From NCBI GenBank assembly GCA_043228905.1, contig JBHGNT010000005.1, positions 9,238,001-9,302,000 of the forward strand: 64,000 bases of DNA, given 5' to 3'. Both the position numbers and the translations under genes were made by a program. Under the pieces are notes generated by a model. That model was given only the letters and a program-made list of their open reading frames with translations. It was not told the DNA's origin and made no database searches. The stretch is from Azolla caroliniana (lineage: Eukaryota > Plantae > Polypodiophyta). Of the stretch, positions 1 to 12,586 are shown in pieces (positions within the stretch are counted from its first letter, which is position 1; each line of letters begins with the position of its first letter).

Positions 1-829
1 CAACTAGACACGGTTTTTAAAGGAGTGAACCATTGTCCCATCATCTAAGGAGTGAACCATTGTCCCATTATCTCTTACGTACATCATTAACATTCATAGA
101 TTAGGCAAATCATTGCTTCACTATACAATAAGACGGAGTTTTAAAACATTTTGATATGATGAGAAGCTAAGAACAAATTATAAGGGGAGAAAAAAGTAGT
201 TCATCAAAACTAGGGAAATATATGTGCACATATCCAATGAACTTGTATCCCCAATTAGTCTCCTTCACAGCTCAAAATTAATTAGATACAAGGTCATCTA
301 TGGATTATAAACATTGTGCGCATTCATATGAAATACGCTAAAAATCAATCTAGTGTTCGAGAAAAGGTGTACAAATAATAGCATTATTATGCTGAATGCA
401 TTAAATAGAGGGATTGTGGATCGAACCACATAATAGCATCATCTGTTGATCAAACTTCAAACACTACAAACAATATTGTGCATCCTTACTAAGCATATCG
501 GGCATACATTATTCTTTCTTTTCTTTTTAACTAGAGGCAATCTCTCATATTCTAACACCATGAATGTCCGAACAGGCACATTACAAATAAAAGTTGAATT
601 GATCATTCCTCACAAACAAGTTAGATTAGGTGAAACACAGCATTGTTTTTAATGCCATAATCAAGAATGAGATACCAACTCAATGAGCCAAATATCAGCT
701 CAAATTCCGATCCAAAATTTTCTCCTCTCTAGCTCTCTTCTTACATTTTCAATGAAGCCTTGTATAGAGAGTCCCATAAACCCACCTCCCCCTTTCAATG
801 AAGCCGTGTTTTATTTGGTATAGAGGTCA

Positions 830-3800
830 TTATCTCCCACTACCTCTACCTCTTCTTACTCCCCCTCTTCCTCTTCCTCCTCTTCCTTCTCCACTCACTC
901 CTCTTCCACCTCTACCTCCACCTCCTCTTCCTCTCCCTCCCCCTCCCCCTCCCCCTCCCCTTGACATTTCCATCCTCTCTCCTCTATCCCCTCCCCTTCC
1001 AATTCCCCTTCCTCCTCTATCTTGTCTATCTCCAACACCCCTTCCCCTTCCCCTTCCTCTTCCCCCTTCCCTTCTCTCTCCTCTATCTCCACCTTCCCAT
1101 CCTCTCTCACCCCTTGTTGTTTGCATTTCCCCTGCCCTCCCCCTTCCCATTCCCATTCTCATTCCCCCTCTTCCTCTTCCTCCCCTACCCCCTCTTCCTC
1201 TTCCACTTCCACCTCCACCTCCACCTCTTATATTATCATCATCGTCGTCTGATGAATCAAAACTACCTCTAGTACCCCTACCCCTACCCCTACCCCTACC
1301 TCTACTTCTAGTGTTCATGCCACCATCCCTTCCAAAACTACCCCTGCCCAAATCTTCCTCATCATCGGAAATATCGGCAGCGTCCTCATCATCACTATCA
1401 TCCCAATTTTTGAAGGCCTTCCTACGCTTACCCGATTTCCACTTTGATGCACCCCCATGTGGTTCATCATCATCATCATCACTAAATCCATTTTCAAAAT
1501 TTTCAAGTTCTGCTTCCATGTCATTGTCGTCGTCATCGTCATCTTCTTCTTCTACAGGGAACGTCTTGCTTTTAACACCACGGCTTGGCTTTCCATATTC
1601 CTTCCTTGTCTTGTTAGCATATTTATCATCTAAGTCTTTGTCATCAAAGCGACTGGCTGATTCTTTCTTGATGGCATTACGCCAAGGTACGTGACCTTTC
1701 AATCCAATTCCTCTCTGAGATGCTTTAAGAGACTTCGAAGGAGCATCGTCATCACCATCAGGGTAATCATGTTGGAAAGTAACATCAGCATTTTCTTCCA
1801 AATCATCATCTGAATCATCCAAGATGTTTCTACTTAGGTTTGGTTTCCATTCTTGGTACGAATTTCTACTTCGGTTTTCTCCCATGTCAGGTAAAGAAGA
1901 TGGTGTATTTCTAGAAGAACCCCAACTTCCATCAGATCCTGCAGATGCCTTCTTCAGCCCCCAACGTTCATCACTTCTACTCTGGTTATTCCATGAGGCA
2001 CCACATTCTCGGCATTGCTTGTTTCTCTTAAAATTCCTAAATTTGCACCTACATCATCCAAATAGGAGGGTTTCATTCAAGTATCAATATAACAAATAAG
2101 TCTCCCAGATATTAAGATAAAGATCAGTACATTTATTTCACATTTCTTAATTGCTACTACCCTGTTTTAAGTGGAAAACTGGGCATTCAAACATACTCTC
2201 TTTATACAGCTACCTACTTGGACTGGAAAAAGAAAATAAATAAACCGTCTAGACATACTCTTTTTTACTAGAACTGTGCAACTTTCAGTAAAAAAAATAC
2301 GAAAAAAGCGCCAAATGAAAAGAAATAAACCATCTTAGCATACTCTTTCTTATAAAAACTGTCCAACTTTAAGTGGAAATAATAAGAACAAGAGCCATCG
2401 AAACATACTTTGGACACCTCCAATCTCCTGGCTCGAGCTCTTCTTCTTCTTCTTCTTCTTCTTTTTCTTGAACTTCAGTATTGCTAGGCCGGCTTGCCGA
2501 GCATTTACGGCAATCATTATTCTTGCGGAAGTTGAGGAACTGACATCTATTTAACGATATCACATGTAATGTTAAACTTCCATACTTCTAGCTTATCTTT
2601 AACAGCACAAATTCATGTAGACATACTCAGGGCACTTCCAATCACCAGGCATCATCATGTTTTGACTTCCATTAGCATCAGCATATGGTGCCTTGGTACC
2701 ACATTCCCGACATTCATGATTCTTCGAAAAATTCAAAAAATTGCACCTACACACAACATCAAAAGTGGCATTCATATATCGAAAAATGCAAATTCTCTAA
2801 AACGTCAAGGGTTACAAGAGGATTACCCCGGACACATCCAATCACCAGGTCTACGATTCAGATTCTGGTTATCAATTTCATCTTTTTCAGACACTTTTAG
2901 CTTCATTGCCATTTGTGGCTTCGTTGGCGGTAAACCTGGTGCTTTTGGATAAGCACTAACCTTAACGATTTCATCTAAGAGATGGCAGACAGACTTAATC
3001 ACTCCAATAGGATATGATACTTGTGACTCTGCTATAGGGGATGCATTCAGGGCAAATGCATAAAGGACCCTTGTTACATCAAGTGTTTCGGATTTTAAAT
3101 CAGCAGTTGGCACATCAAATGCTCTCGTACAAAACGTCTTCAGTTTGCACTGTTGACAAACCTGGAATCAAATGTATTGAGAAACAATGAGACTTTCTTT
3201 TTTTCCTTTTAGGATAAAGGTTTTCTAGATAAATAATTTTTTAAATATACCTCATCTTCTGAAACTTCACACATCACTCTAAGTCTCTTGCTAGCATTCA
3301 CGACTTTTCTATCAGTAACAGGACATCCAACATTCACAACTGTCTTGATGTGCTTTTGGGTCAGAAACCTGCAAACAATGAAATAGTTATAATATGATGA
3401 CTACAACACTCGAAAAAATAGTTATAATATGCTACAAACAAAAAGGATTCTTTTATTTCTATACAAGTACAAGCTCTTCTACACCATTTATAAGATGCAG
3501 GTATGGACAGTACAAAAATAGTTACACTATAGGATTCTGTATGTAATCATATACAAAAACTAAGAATGTGCGAAAGTAACTCAGTTGTTACTTTTCATAA
3601 TAAACATCCCTTTAACTTATATCCAAATTCTTCTATTAGTTAACCTCTCCCATACTAAGCATGTAATTGAAATGAAGTGCACTATTGCCTCCTTTTCATG
3701 CTTTGTATCCTTCATTTGCTTTAATACATGGTTCAGTCATCTTCAGGTGATAGAAAATATGAGAAGCATCTGTAGTATGAGTCATCTATATCATGTACTA

Positions 3801-4969
3801 AACGGACAACTTTCATCCATAACAGATACCACGTGGATCCACGTTTGCATAACTTATGCACAGAAATTCGACCGCAAGAAAGGAACATATCTCATATATA
3901 GCGCTACCTATAGCAACAAAAAAGATTATTCTTCGACCTTTTCCGATCACCTTATAATGTCATCACGCTCTCGACTGAATTCCAAAATGGCATGTTTCAT
4001 GTATGAAGATGATTGGAAACGAAGGTATCCTTCACCTTCCAAGTCAGATTCGAGTTCAGGAACATCTTTAAAGTAGTTCTTATCTTTCAACACATCAAAA
4101 AAAGCATTCCACTCCTTCCATGGATGCTTGGAAGATGATTGAATTACTCCATTGGCTGGCTCATTGGGCATCAATGGGAGCTTGGGGAGACTCCAGGTGA
4201 CATCATCATTAGCACCATTGTTAAAAACTTGGACTGGAACTGAACCTTTACCAATAGCAACATTTTCTATGGTTTGGCCACTTTCTGATACCCAATCATC
4301 AGATTTATCATGTTTATTGTCCGATAACTTACCATCAAAAATTTCACTTTCATTCTTCTTTTCATCGGCATCATCAGTATCAGAAATTTCCATGTACATT
4401 TCTCCATCAGATGAGAAATCTTCTCCGAGCTCTTCAACAATATCATCATCGCTGTCCTCGTCATCGTCTTCATCATCATCATCATCATCATTTGTAAGAT
4501 CATTTTCATCGATATCCTCTTGCTTGAAACCAGAGATAACTCTAGCTCTACTATCTCCTTTACTTCCATCACTTCTTTCATTTCTAGACTTTAAAACAGA
4601 GCCCAAATTCTGATCAGTAACACTATCACTTCTGCCTTCCTTACCATCTTTCTTATTTCTCTTATCTACTTTCTCTGGATTCAAGGCATCAGAAGCAGGG
4701 GCATTTGCCTCTACTACTTTTCTCTCTTTCTGAATCCTTCTGACCTGCGATTCTCCTCCGTAAGCTTTAATGGAGAGCTTGGAATTGCTTCCAACTGTCT
4801 GCAGTTTCGCACGAGCAAGTACAGAGGAAGCAACATAGGAGTTACTAGCGCAGAGGAAATGGCGAGTCGAGTATGGAGAAGGGGATGGTGAAGAGAGAAG
4901 AAGGAGAGCCCTGCTAGCCCTGATGCATCTGTACTGAGCTAACAGGAGCTGTGAAGAAGAAGAAGCCAT
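830..4969 (-). CDS. Organelle zinc finger (OZ/VAR3-like) protein with three RanBP2-type zinc fingers and a C-terminal acidic + RGG-rich tail; 6 coding exons (approx. 4969-3951, 3368-3251, 3161-2827, 2746-2627, 2546-2409, 2048-830)
   Basis: All five introns have GT-AG ends and splice into one frame. Ser/Ala/Arg-rich transit-peptide-like N-terminus; OZ-family motifs HPWKEW, GCPVTDRKVVNASKRLR and VCQQCKLKTFC; three DWxCPx/CxFxNFxxNxxCxxC fingers, each split by an intron after W-x-C-P-x. Confidence 0.88.
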
Positions 4970-5037
4970 GGATGGGTGTGGTCTGGTCAGGAAAGCAGAG
5001 ACTGGGAACCAAACAAACTGTAGAGGTGTGAAACTCT

Positions 5038-5390
5038 TAAACCCTAGCTAAACCCTGAGGGCTGGATAAGGTGCTCTCCGATCACCATTCTTCACCATCA
5101 CAATTTCTTTTCTTTAGTAACCCTAAACCTACCTAAACCCTAAATGAAGGATAAGAAGGTGTTCCTAAACCGGTATCCACTTCGGCCCCAGCCTTTCCCC
5201 AATGTTTGTTGTGTCTATCGCCTACGACACATTTTCTTCTCTTCGTACCCCTAGCTAAACCCTAAGTTCCAGATAAGGTGCTCTAGTAACCCCTCGTGGT
5301 TCACTCTCTATTGGCCTCAAGCCCTTCATCCGTGTTGTGTTTGTTGCCTACCGCACATGGTGTGTGAACTGCCCCCTAAACCGAGGATAG
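5038..5390. promoter_or_regulatory. Promoter/5' region of the OZ gene with clustered telo-box (AAACCCTA-like) and GATAAG motifs
   Basis: Repeated aaaccctagctaaaccct / aaccctaaacct...aaaccctaaa followed by gataagg motifs at about 5038-5078, 5119-5168 and 5248-5285, immediately upstream of the ATG at 4969. Confidence 0.45.
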
Positions 5391-5910
5391 GTTCAGGTAA
5401 GAGATGTTAGAACCTTAGACGTATATATGCCTTCGAAAAAATTATGAAGCAAAGAAAAATACCAATAAATATATTCAAAAGGTTTCTCGCCAGAAATTTT
5501 TTAAATAAGAATAATATGAATACTTAAATCACAAGTTAAAAAGCATGCATGCCAAGTGGCTGGATGAAGATATTAGGATGGAATTCTTGAATTAATTTTG
5601 TCGCAAATGTTTTGATTTCGGTAGGAGAGTTGCTTTAAGCCAAAAGAATGTTGCATTCAACATGTGTTACTTTTATAGATTTATAAATGAAAGAAATTTG
5701 GAGATTACTTCTAATAGAGTTACAAAGTTTCGACATTACTTGTAGCTTGTAAAGAAGTTATAGAGTAAAGAAGAATAGGGTTATAGAGTTATAGAGTAAA
5801 TAAGTTTTGACATTACTTGTTGACTTGCTACATTTGTTTATATATTGAACACTAGGCATTTTTATACCTAGTCAACAAGACACATGCTATGGGGCGAATT
5901 TTAAGGTGGG

Positions 5911-6193
5911 TGTTGAGAATCAAACTCAACTTCCCTACTATGGGAACACACCTTAGGAAAAGTCAAGGGTGTGAACACCCCACTACTTTATATCATAACT
6001 AGTATGTCATAGAAGTTAGTCCTATGACACATAGTTACTCGGTAGTTAAGTCTCCACCTCCTTCCCAAGAGGTAGTTGTAGTGAGAGAACATCGAGAGAA
6101 GGTGACTACATAAGCACCTTCCCCTCTTCTTTGTAACAAGTTGATTGCTTATTCTCTTGTTAATACAGTTTTATCATTTTCAATATACCTTGT

Positions 6194-6236
<43 letters not shown>

Positions 6237-7542
6237 CACACACACACCTCTTCCGCTACACAGAGTCACACCTAATTCTTTACATGGTATTAGAGTGATT
6301 GGTAGCTTGATCCAAGTCCATCTGCGTGTGTTGTGCTTACACCGACGTTCACGAAGAATCGGTTGATCGTTGTAGCAGCAACCCTGCACAATTCGTATCA
6401 CAAAGAAGAAGAAGTCACAAGTTGACCATCAGGAACACTCTGATGGGCAACTCTCTCCCCAGCAAAAAGCTAGACAGAAGCAACTTTGCATCTTGGGAGT
6501 ACAAGGTGCACCAATACCTTGTCGGCTAAGGCTATTGGAGTTATATCAAGGGAACACATGAAACGTAACCCAACCCAACACATGCTGACTACCCAACATG
6601 GGAGTAAGCGGCAAGCCGTGTGTTGTACTGCCTTGCATCATGCATTCATGATCACATGCTCGGCTACATTCGAGAGGCCAAAATGTTGAAGGAGGCATGG
6701 GGGAAACTCAAAAAGATATTCGTGGCCAACACAACCATATGAAAAAATCAACTCCGTCAAGAGTTACATAGTATCCAATAGAGGGATATGTCAATCAACA
6801 ACTGCACCTTGAAGATCAAGGAGTTGTGCAACTCCCTCGAGTCGACCATTGTCAACATTGATAACGATGAAATGGTGCAAATATGCATCGTGGCCTTGCA
6901 CCTCGGTTTGGCGCAATAAAGTCGATCATCCTTGCAAGGGAGATTCCTCCCTCCTTCGATCTCTAGTTGATGCTACTAGTCGAAGAAAATCACGTCCAAA
7001 CAAGGACCAATGCTCAAGAAGGACACATGCTCTATTCGAACTCGGATGGAGGAAGGGGACAATGTCGTGGAAGAAGAGGTTGATTCGACCAAGGCCGACA
7101 CAACCAAGGGTAGTCCCATGAGCACAACTTCTACTGTCAACAAGACATCTCAAACACGTGAGGATCATCTAGAAGAAGAGGGAGCAATCATGTCGGATCT
7201 AGCCGACAAAACAACTTCGTCCAGTGCGAATATTGTGGCAAATTCGGCCACTATGAGGCAATGTGTCGGAAGAACAAAAGTGAGCAGGCCACTTACCAAC
7301 TTCACTTCAAATTTCGACTACCACAAACATGGCGGAATGTTTGTGATGCAGAATAGAGCGAATTCTATGATGGCTTCCAGCCCAACCAACACCTTCAACT
7401 CAGAAGACGTATGGTTTGTCAATTCAGGTGCTTCGAACCATATGACATCTCACCAAGAATGGTTTCGAGACCTAAGAGAACCGAAACAACTCAACTATGT
7501 TGAAATTGGGAATGACACAATTCACCCCGTTCAACATGTCAA
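5911..7542 (+). mobile_element. Truncated Ty1/Copia element A: 5' LTR (5911-6284), PBS and decayed gag-protease
   Basis: LTR TGTTGAG...TTTACA followed by a tRNA-Met-type PBS TGGTATTAGAG (6285-6295). Gag KLDRSNFASWEYK and protease WFVNSGASNHMT carry stops/frameshifts; homologous to element C. Ends where the LTR of element B begins. Confidence 0.85.
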
Positions 7543-9668
7543 TGTTAAGATTGGACCGTAAATATATGAGAAAGATAGACTAAAATGCACAACGTGGAAA
7601 CAGAAAAACAGCAAATCAACAGAGAATAAACAATACGTAGGTTTTGCATCAAAACCCTAAACAAGGGAAAACCACGGCCAACAGATCTTCACTATGAGCA
7701 GAGGTACAGAAAGGAAAAACTGATTGCAAATATCTGCAAATCAGAGAATATCTACTTACAGTTTTGGCTAGTTCCACTAAACTATGCCTCTCTCTCACGT
7801 AGTCTCACGTCTCTTCCTACTCTCTGCTATAGAAGCTCTATATACATTATTACACAATAAGTTTGCCCTAGCTATTCCTATTTATAGGAGCGAAATATTA
7901 TTATTATCATATACATAATAATAATAATAATTAATTGGCCCGATTTGTCAGTCTTGTCTTTGACCATCCGATCGGCCCGACTTGTCGGCCTTCTCTTCGA
8001 CATGGAGCATCCATCCAATGTAGTTGACTCTCTATCTCCTTCAAACCAGTCGACCACCCAGTCGACTCGCTAATCGATCTGGTCGACCATCCTATATTCG
8101 GCTTATCGATTCGATTGCCACATTCTTCCTTGATTTCGACTGTCAACTTCTCCCTTGATTTTGACTGTCGACCTCTCCCTTGACTTTGATTGTCAACTTC
8201 TCCCATAGGAGAGATAAATCCTTAACAAACTCCCCCTTCACTCCTATGGGCAAAGTCGGGTAGTCCTGTCTTCTGTCGACAAACTTTGAATCTGTCCATA
8301 GGTAGTGGTTTCGTAAGCATGTTGGATCCATTATCATCAGTATGGATCTTCACAAGGGTAAACTCTCCCTCATCCACCTTCTCTCGTAACCAGTGATACA
8401 TTCTCTGTATGTGCTTGGTCTGAGAGTGATATGCAGCTTTCTTGGCTAGATGTGTGGCACTATGACTATCACAATGGAGCAAGAATTCTCCTTGCTTCAT
8501 TCTTAGTTCACTGAGAAAACTCCTCATTCATATCAACTCCTTACCAATCTCTACAACAACCATATATTTTACCTCTGTAGTTGACAAAGCCACAGTCTTC
8601 TGCAGTCTTGACTACCACGACACTGCTCCCCTTGCATAGGTCATCACATAACCTAATGTGGATCGGCTTGAGTTTACATCCCCCGACATGTCTGAATTGG
8701 TAAAACCTTCGAGCATAGGTTTTCCAAAACCATACCTAAGGCACACCCTTGAGGTGCCTTTCAAGTTCTTGAGTATCCACTTTACTACTGCCCAATGTTC
8801 TTGACCCATATTACTCATATATCGGCTCACCGTTCTGACTACAAATGTTATGTTTGGTCTTATACAGACCATAACATACATTAAACTACCAATGATTGAG
8901 GCATATGGTACTTTCCTCATCTCGGCCATGTCCTTCTCCCTTTTTGGACATTGCCTAGCATTCAACTTGCAATTAGTCGGCAACGTAGACCCGATTGGTT
9001 TTGCTTCTGACATGTTGAATCTTTCCAAGATCTTTGTTACATACTTCTATTATGACAACAATAGCACATTCTTAGTTCTGTCACGAACTATGTGCATCCC
9101 CAATATTTTCTTTGCTAGTCCAAGATCTTTCATGGCAAACGACTTGCCTATCACTTTCTTCAAGCTCACTATCTTCCTGATATCTTGTCTAACCACTAAC
9201 ATGTCATCAACACATTGCAAGAGAATCAAGAAGTCGTCTTTATCATACCTTTTGACAAACACATAGTGATCAGTTCTAGCATGAAGGATTCAAACTTCTT
9301 GTACCATTGGCGTGGAGCTTGTTTTAGACCATACAAGCTTTTCTTTAGTTGACACACCAGATTCTCTTTTTGTTTCTCCACAAAGCCTTCGGGTTGTTGC
9401 ATATAGATCTCTTCGTCTAATTCCCCATGCAAGAATGATGTCTTGATATCCAACTGCTCTATCTCCATATTCTTACTGGCAACAATACCTAACATTGTTC
9501 GAATGGATGTCATCTTTACGACTGGTGCAAAGATCTCATCAAAATCGACCCCTTTCTTCTACTGAAATCCCTTTACTAGAATTCGGGCCTTATATCTGGG
9601 TGAGTTGCCATCTTTCCCATTTTTCAACTTGAAGACCCATTTGTTTCTCAGGGCTCTCTTACCTTTTG

Positions 9669-12586
9669 AACACGTTCACGTTCACAAGTGGAAGGATCGT
9701 GCATTCAATTTATAGATTCCTTTTATAATCTTGAGATTTTAGACAATTTTCAAAAACTTGATAAACCAATATCACATGTTTTAAATAACATGTAAAATTT
9801 GCTAATTTTTTGAGATTTAACAAGTTTCAAAATGATAATTTCTAAAATTGAATAGTTTTTCAGTAAATGTTTAAATGTTGATGGTTTGCAGATATGAAAT
9901 GTAGTTAACTTAAAGAAAATCACAATGGTTAACTCAAGGCACAAGTTAAGATTAATGGTTTCACCATCTTGATGAGATTAAGATTACATCTTTTGTTAGA
10001 CTTGAAAATGTTTTAAGTATAAGAGGTAACATTGCAATCCTTAATGTTATTATCTATAAATTTTGTGCTCATTAACATCCATAAATTCACAAATCAAGAA
10101 ATGTAGACAATATTCATAAACAATTTTGATAAATCCACAACTCCTAAAATGTAGATGATATTCATAAACTGTCAAAACTGTGAAACTTTAGATGTGAACA
10201 TTAATATATCAATTTGAACATATCACACAGTTATCAAGGTATCTACAATGTTATCCTCTTCTTCCTTTTGAGAATTCCCCGACAAAATTTGTGAAGTAAA
10301 TGGCATTTGCGAAGTTCAATTACCATCAATACAATTATTAATGGTTTTTTGCTAATCAATGAAGCACATGTTTACCATAAGGTATCTTGTTGTGCAACAT
10401 ACATCTTTGCAGTATCGATATGCATCTTTTTCTCTTGTAAAAACATAGATTTCAGTATAATTTGAGTTCATGTTTAAAAAACCTCTTTTATTTGAAAAAC
10501 AAGAAGTTTTTTAAACATGATCTCGATATGTTGTATCGAGTTGATGTAAAAAACAGAGTTTTGATCATAATTCCATACAATGCAATGAATTCATGTTTAA
10601 AGTTTTTTTTACCGGATTTAAAAAAAAGTAATAATAATAAGTTGAGCTTGAGTTCATATAAAAACCAAATTTTTCATCACAATTCGATACAATGTATCGA
10701 GTTCATGTTTAATGTATATTTTTCTAATTTTTTTGAGTTTTTTCAATTTTTTTTATGGAAAAAAATAATTTTAAACATGAATTTGATACATTGTATCGAC
10801 TTGTGATGAAAAATCTGTTTTTTTCATCATTTATTAAAGCTCAAAAAAAAAAACAAAAAACCAAAATAATTAGAAAAAGAAAGCAATTAAAAAAAAAAAA
10901 CCCAAATAAAGCTTTAAACATGAACTCAATACATTGTATCGAGTTCGTGTTAAAAAGTGGACTTTTCTACACGAACTCCATACAGAGTTCATGTTGAAAA
11001 CTTTGTACATTGTATTGAGTTTGTGTAGAAAAGTCAACTTTTTAAGACGAACTCGATACATTGTATCGAGTTTATGCTAAAAACTCTATTTTTCAACACG
11101 AACTTTGTATTGAGTTCATGTTAAAAAGTCGACTTTTCTACACGAAAAACTAGAGTTTTCATCACAAGTCGATACAATGTATCGAATTCATGTTTAAAAT
11201 TACTTTTTTCCGTAAAAAAAATTGAAAAAACTCAAAAAAATTAGAAAAATATACTTTAAACATGAACTCGATACATTGTATTGAATTGTGATGAAAAATC
11301 TGGTTTTTATATGAACTCAAGCTCAACTTATTATTATTACTTTTTTTTAAATCCGGTAAAAAACACTTTAAACATGAATTCAATACATTGTATAGAATTA
11401 TGATCAAAATTCTGTTTTTTACATCAACTCGATACAACATATTGAGTTCATGTTTAAAAATCTTCTTGTTTTTCAAATAAAAGAGGTTTTTTAAACATGA
11501 ACTTGAATCGTACTAAAATCTTTGTTTTTAGAAAAGAAAAAGATGCATATCGATAGTGCAAAGAAGTATGTTGCATAACAATAAACCTTATGATGAACGT
11601 GTGCATCATTGATTAACAAAAAACCATCAATATTTGTGTTGATGGTAATTCAACCTTGCAAATGTCATTTACATGGTCTATAAAGTATTCTCGTGGTTCT
11701 CAATGACCACTTCAAGCACTTAATGTTGATCTTCATAGTTTGGTTCATCTACAACAGAGAAACATTTATGTGGAACAAAGGATGACAACACGAGTATAAC
11801 TCAAGCGACAAGGAAACTTACAAGAACTCAAGGTGGGGATATTAATAACTACACATGTAGATGGCCTTGAGCTAGGGTCCAATTCTGCATTGGTAAAGTT
11901 TTGGACGTGATGATGCATTAAACCTTTGTAATACATCTATCATTGACATTAGTTAGGTGGATATCATTGTGTATGACTTTACACAAACAAAAGTTGGATG
12001 TTTAAGGACAACAACGATATATATAATAAAAGAGATATTACCAAGTCTAGAAGATATCTCAGATTGAAGGTGAAGAAGATTTACTGCACACAATTTGGAG
12101 ACACCATTTGGTGAAGACAATGATTTGATTGGTACATTTGAAAATGAGGATGAAAAGTCACAATTGTATATTTTCTATAATAGTGATTCTCATGAAAAGA
12201 ATGATGATATTTATGCAAATAACTCCCAAATGTATTTGTTGTGCAACTATGTGTAACAAATTTAGACAACATTTTATCGAATGAAATAAAAATGTTCATT
12301 GTTTTGAAATCCTCTGCTTTTTATTTCTTTAAGATCTAAAAACTTATTAGTTGTCATTTTTCTTTAAAATACACAAAGTTACTTTTCGTATTTGACCAAA
12401 ATTTGGCATTTTTCAATTTTACCAAATGATGAAAATTTCAACTTTTTCATCAAGTTTTAGAGAACATGTGATATCAGTATCAAGGTGTTGTTATGTGAAA
12501 TGGCAAAACAAAACCCAAAATCAAACGGAATATTCCTTATCCTTCCACTTGTGCACGATCCTTCCACTTGTGAACGCGAACGTGTT
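9669..12586. mobile_element. Non-autonomous TIR DNA transposon (~2.9 kb) inserted in the pol gene of element B; superfamily unclear
   Basis: 35-bp TIRs AACACGTTCACGTTCACAAGTGGAAGGATCGTGCA (9669-9703) and its reverse complement (12552-12586) with one mismatch. Removing the element and one TTTG copy restores the Copia frame LVELPKGKRAL, which implies a 4-bp TSD TTTG. Confidence 0.85.
10296..11672. repeat. Long inverted repeat (fold-back), arms about 10296-10812 and 11156-11672, with palindromic subrepeats
   Basis: ORF-track peptides 10462..10806(+) and 11162..11476(-) are near-identical, showing inverted arms. The unit CATGAACTCGATACATTGTATCGAGTTCATG recurs in the arms and spacer. Confidence 0.9.

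Noticed and set aside
798-1694. 298-aa Pro/Leu-rich ORF on +
   Set aside because: Antisense shadow of the RGG-rich last exon of the OZ gene.
5901-5910. PPT-like TTAAGGTGGG before the 5' LTR of element A, suggesting a shared LTR in a tandem element
   Set aside because: Upstream sequence shows no recognisable retroelement internal region; the match is too short to support.
10500-11460. Recurring ~30-bp palindromic units as a CRISPR-like array
   Set aside because: Eukaryotic context, irregular spacing, non-unique spacers and no cas genes.
10462-11476. Pair of similar ORFs on opposite strands
   Set aside because: By-product of the inverted repeat; AT-rich, with no protein motif.
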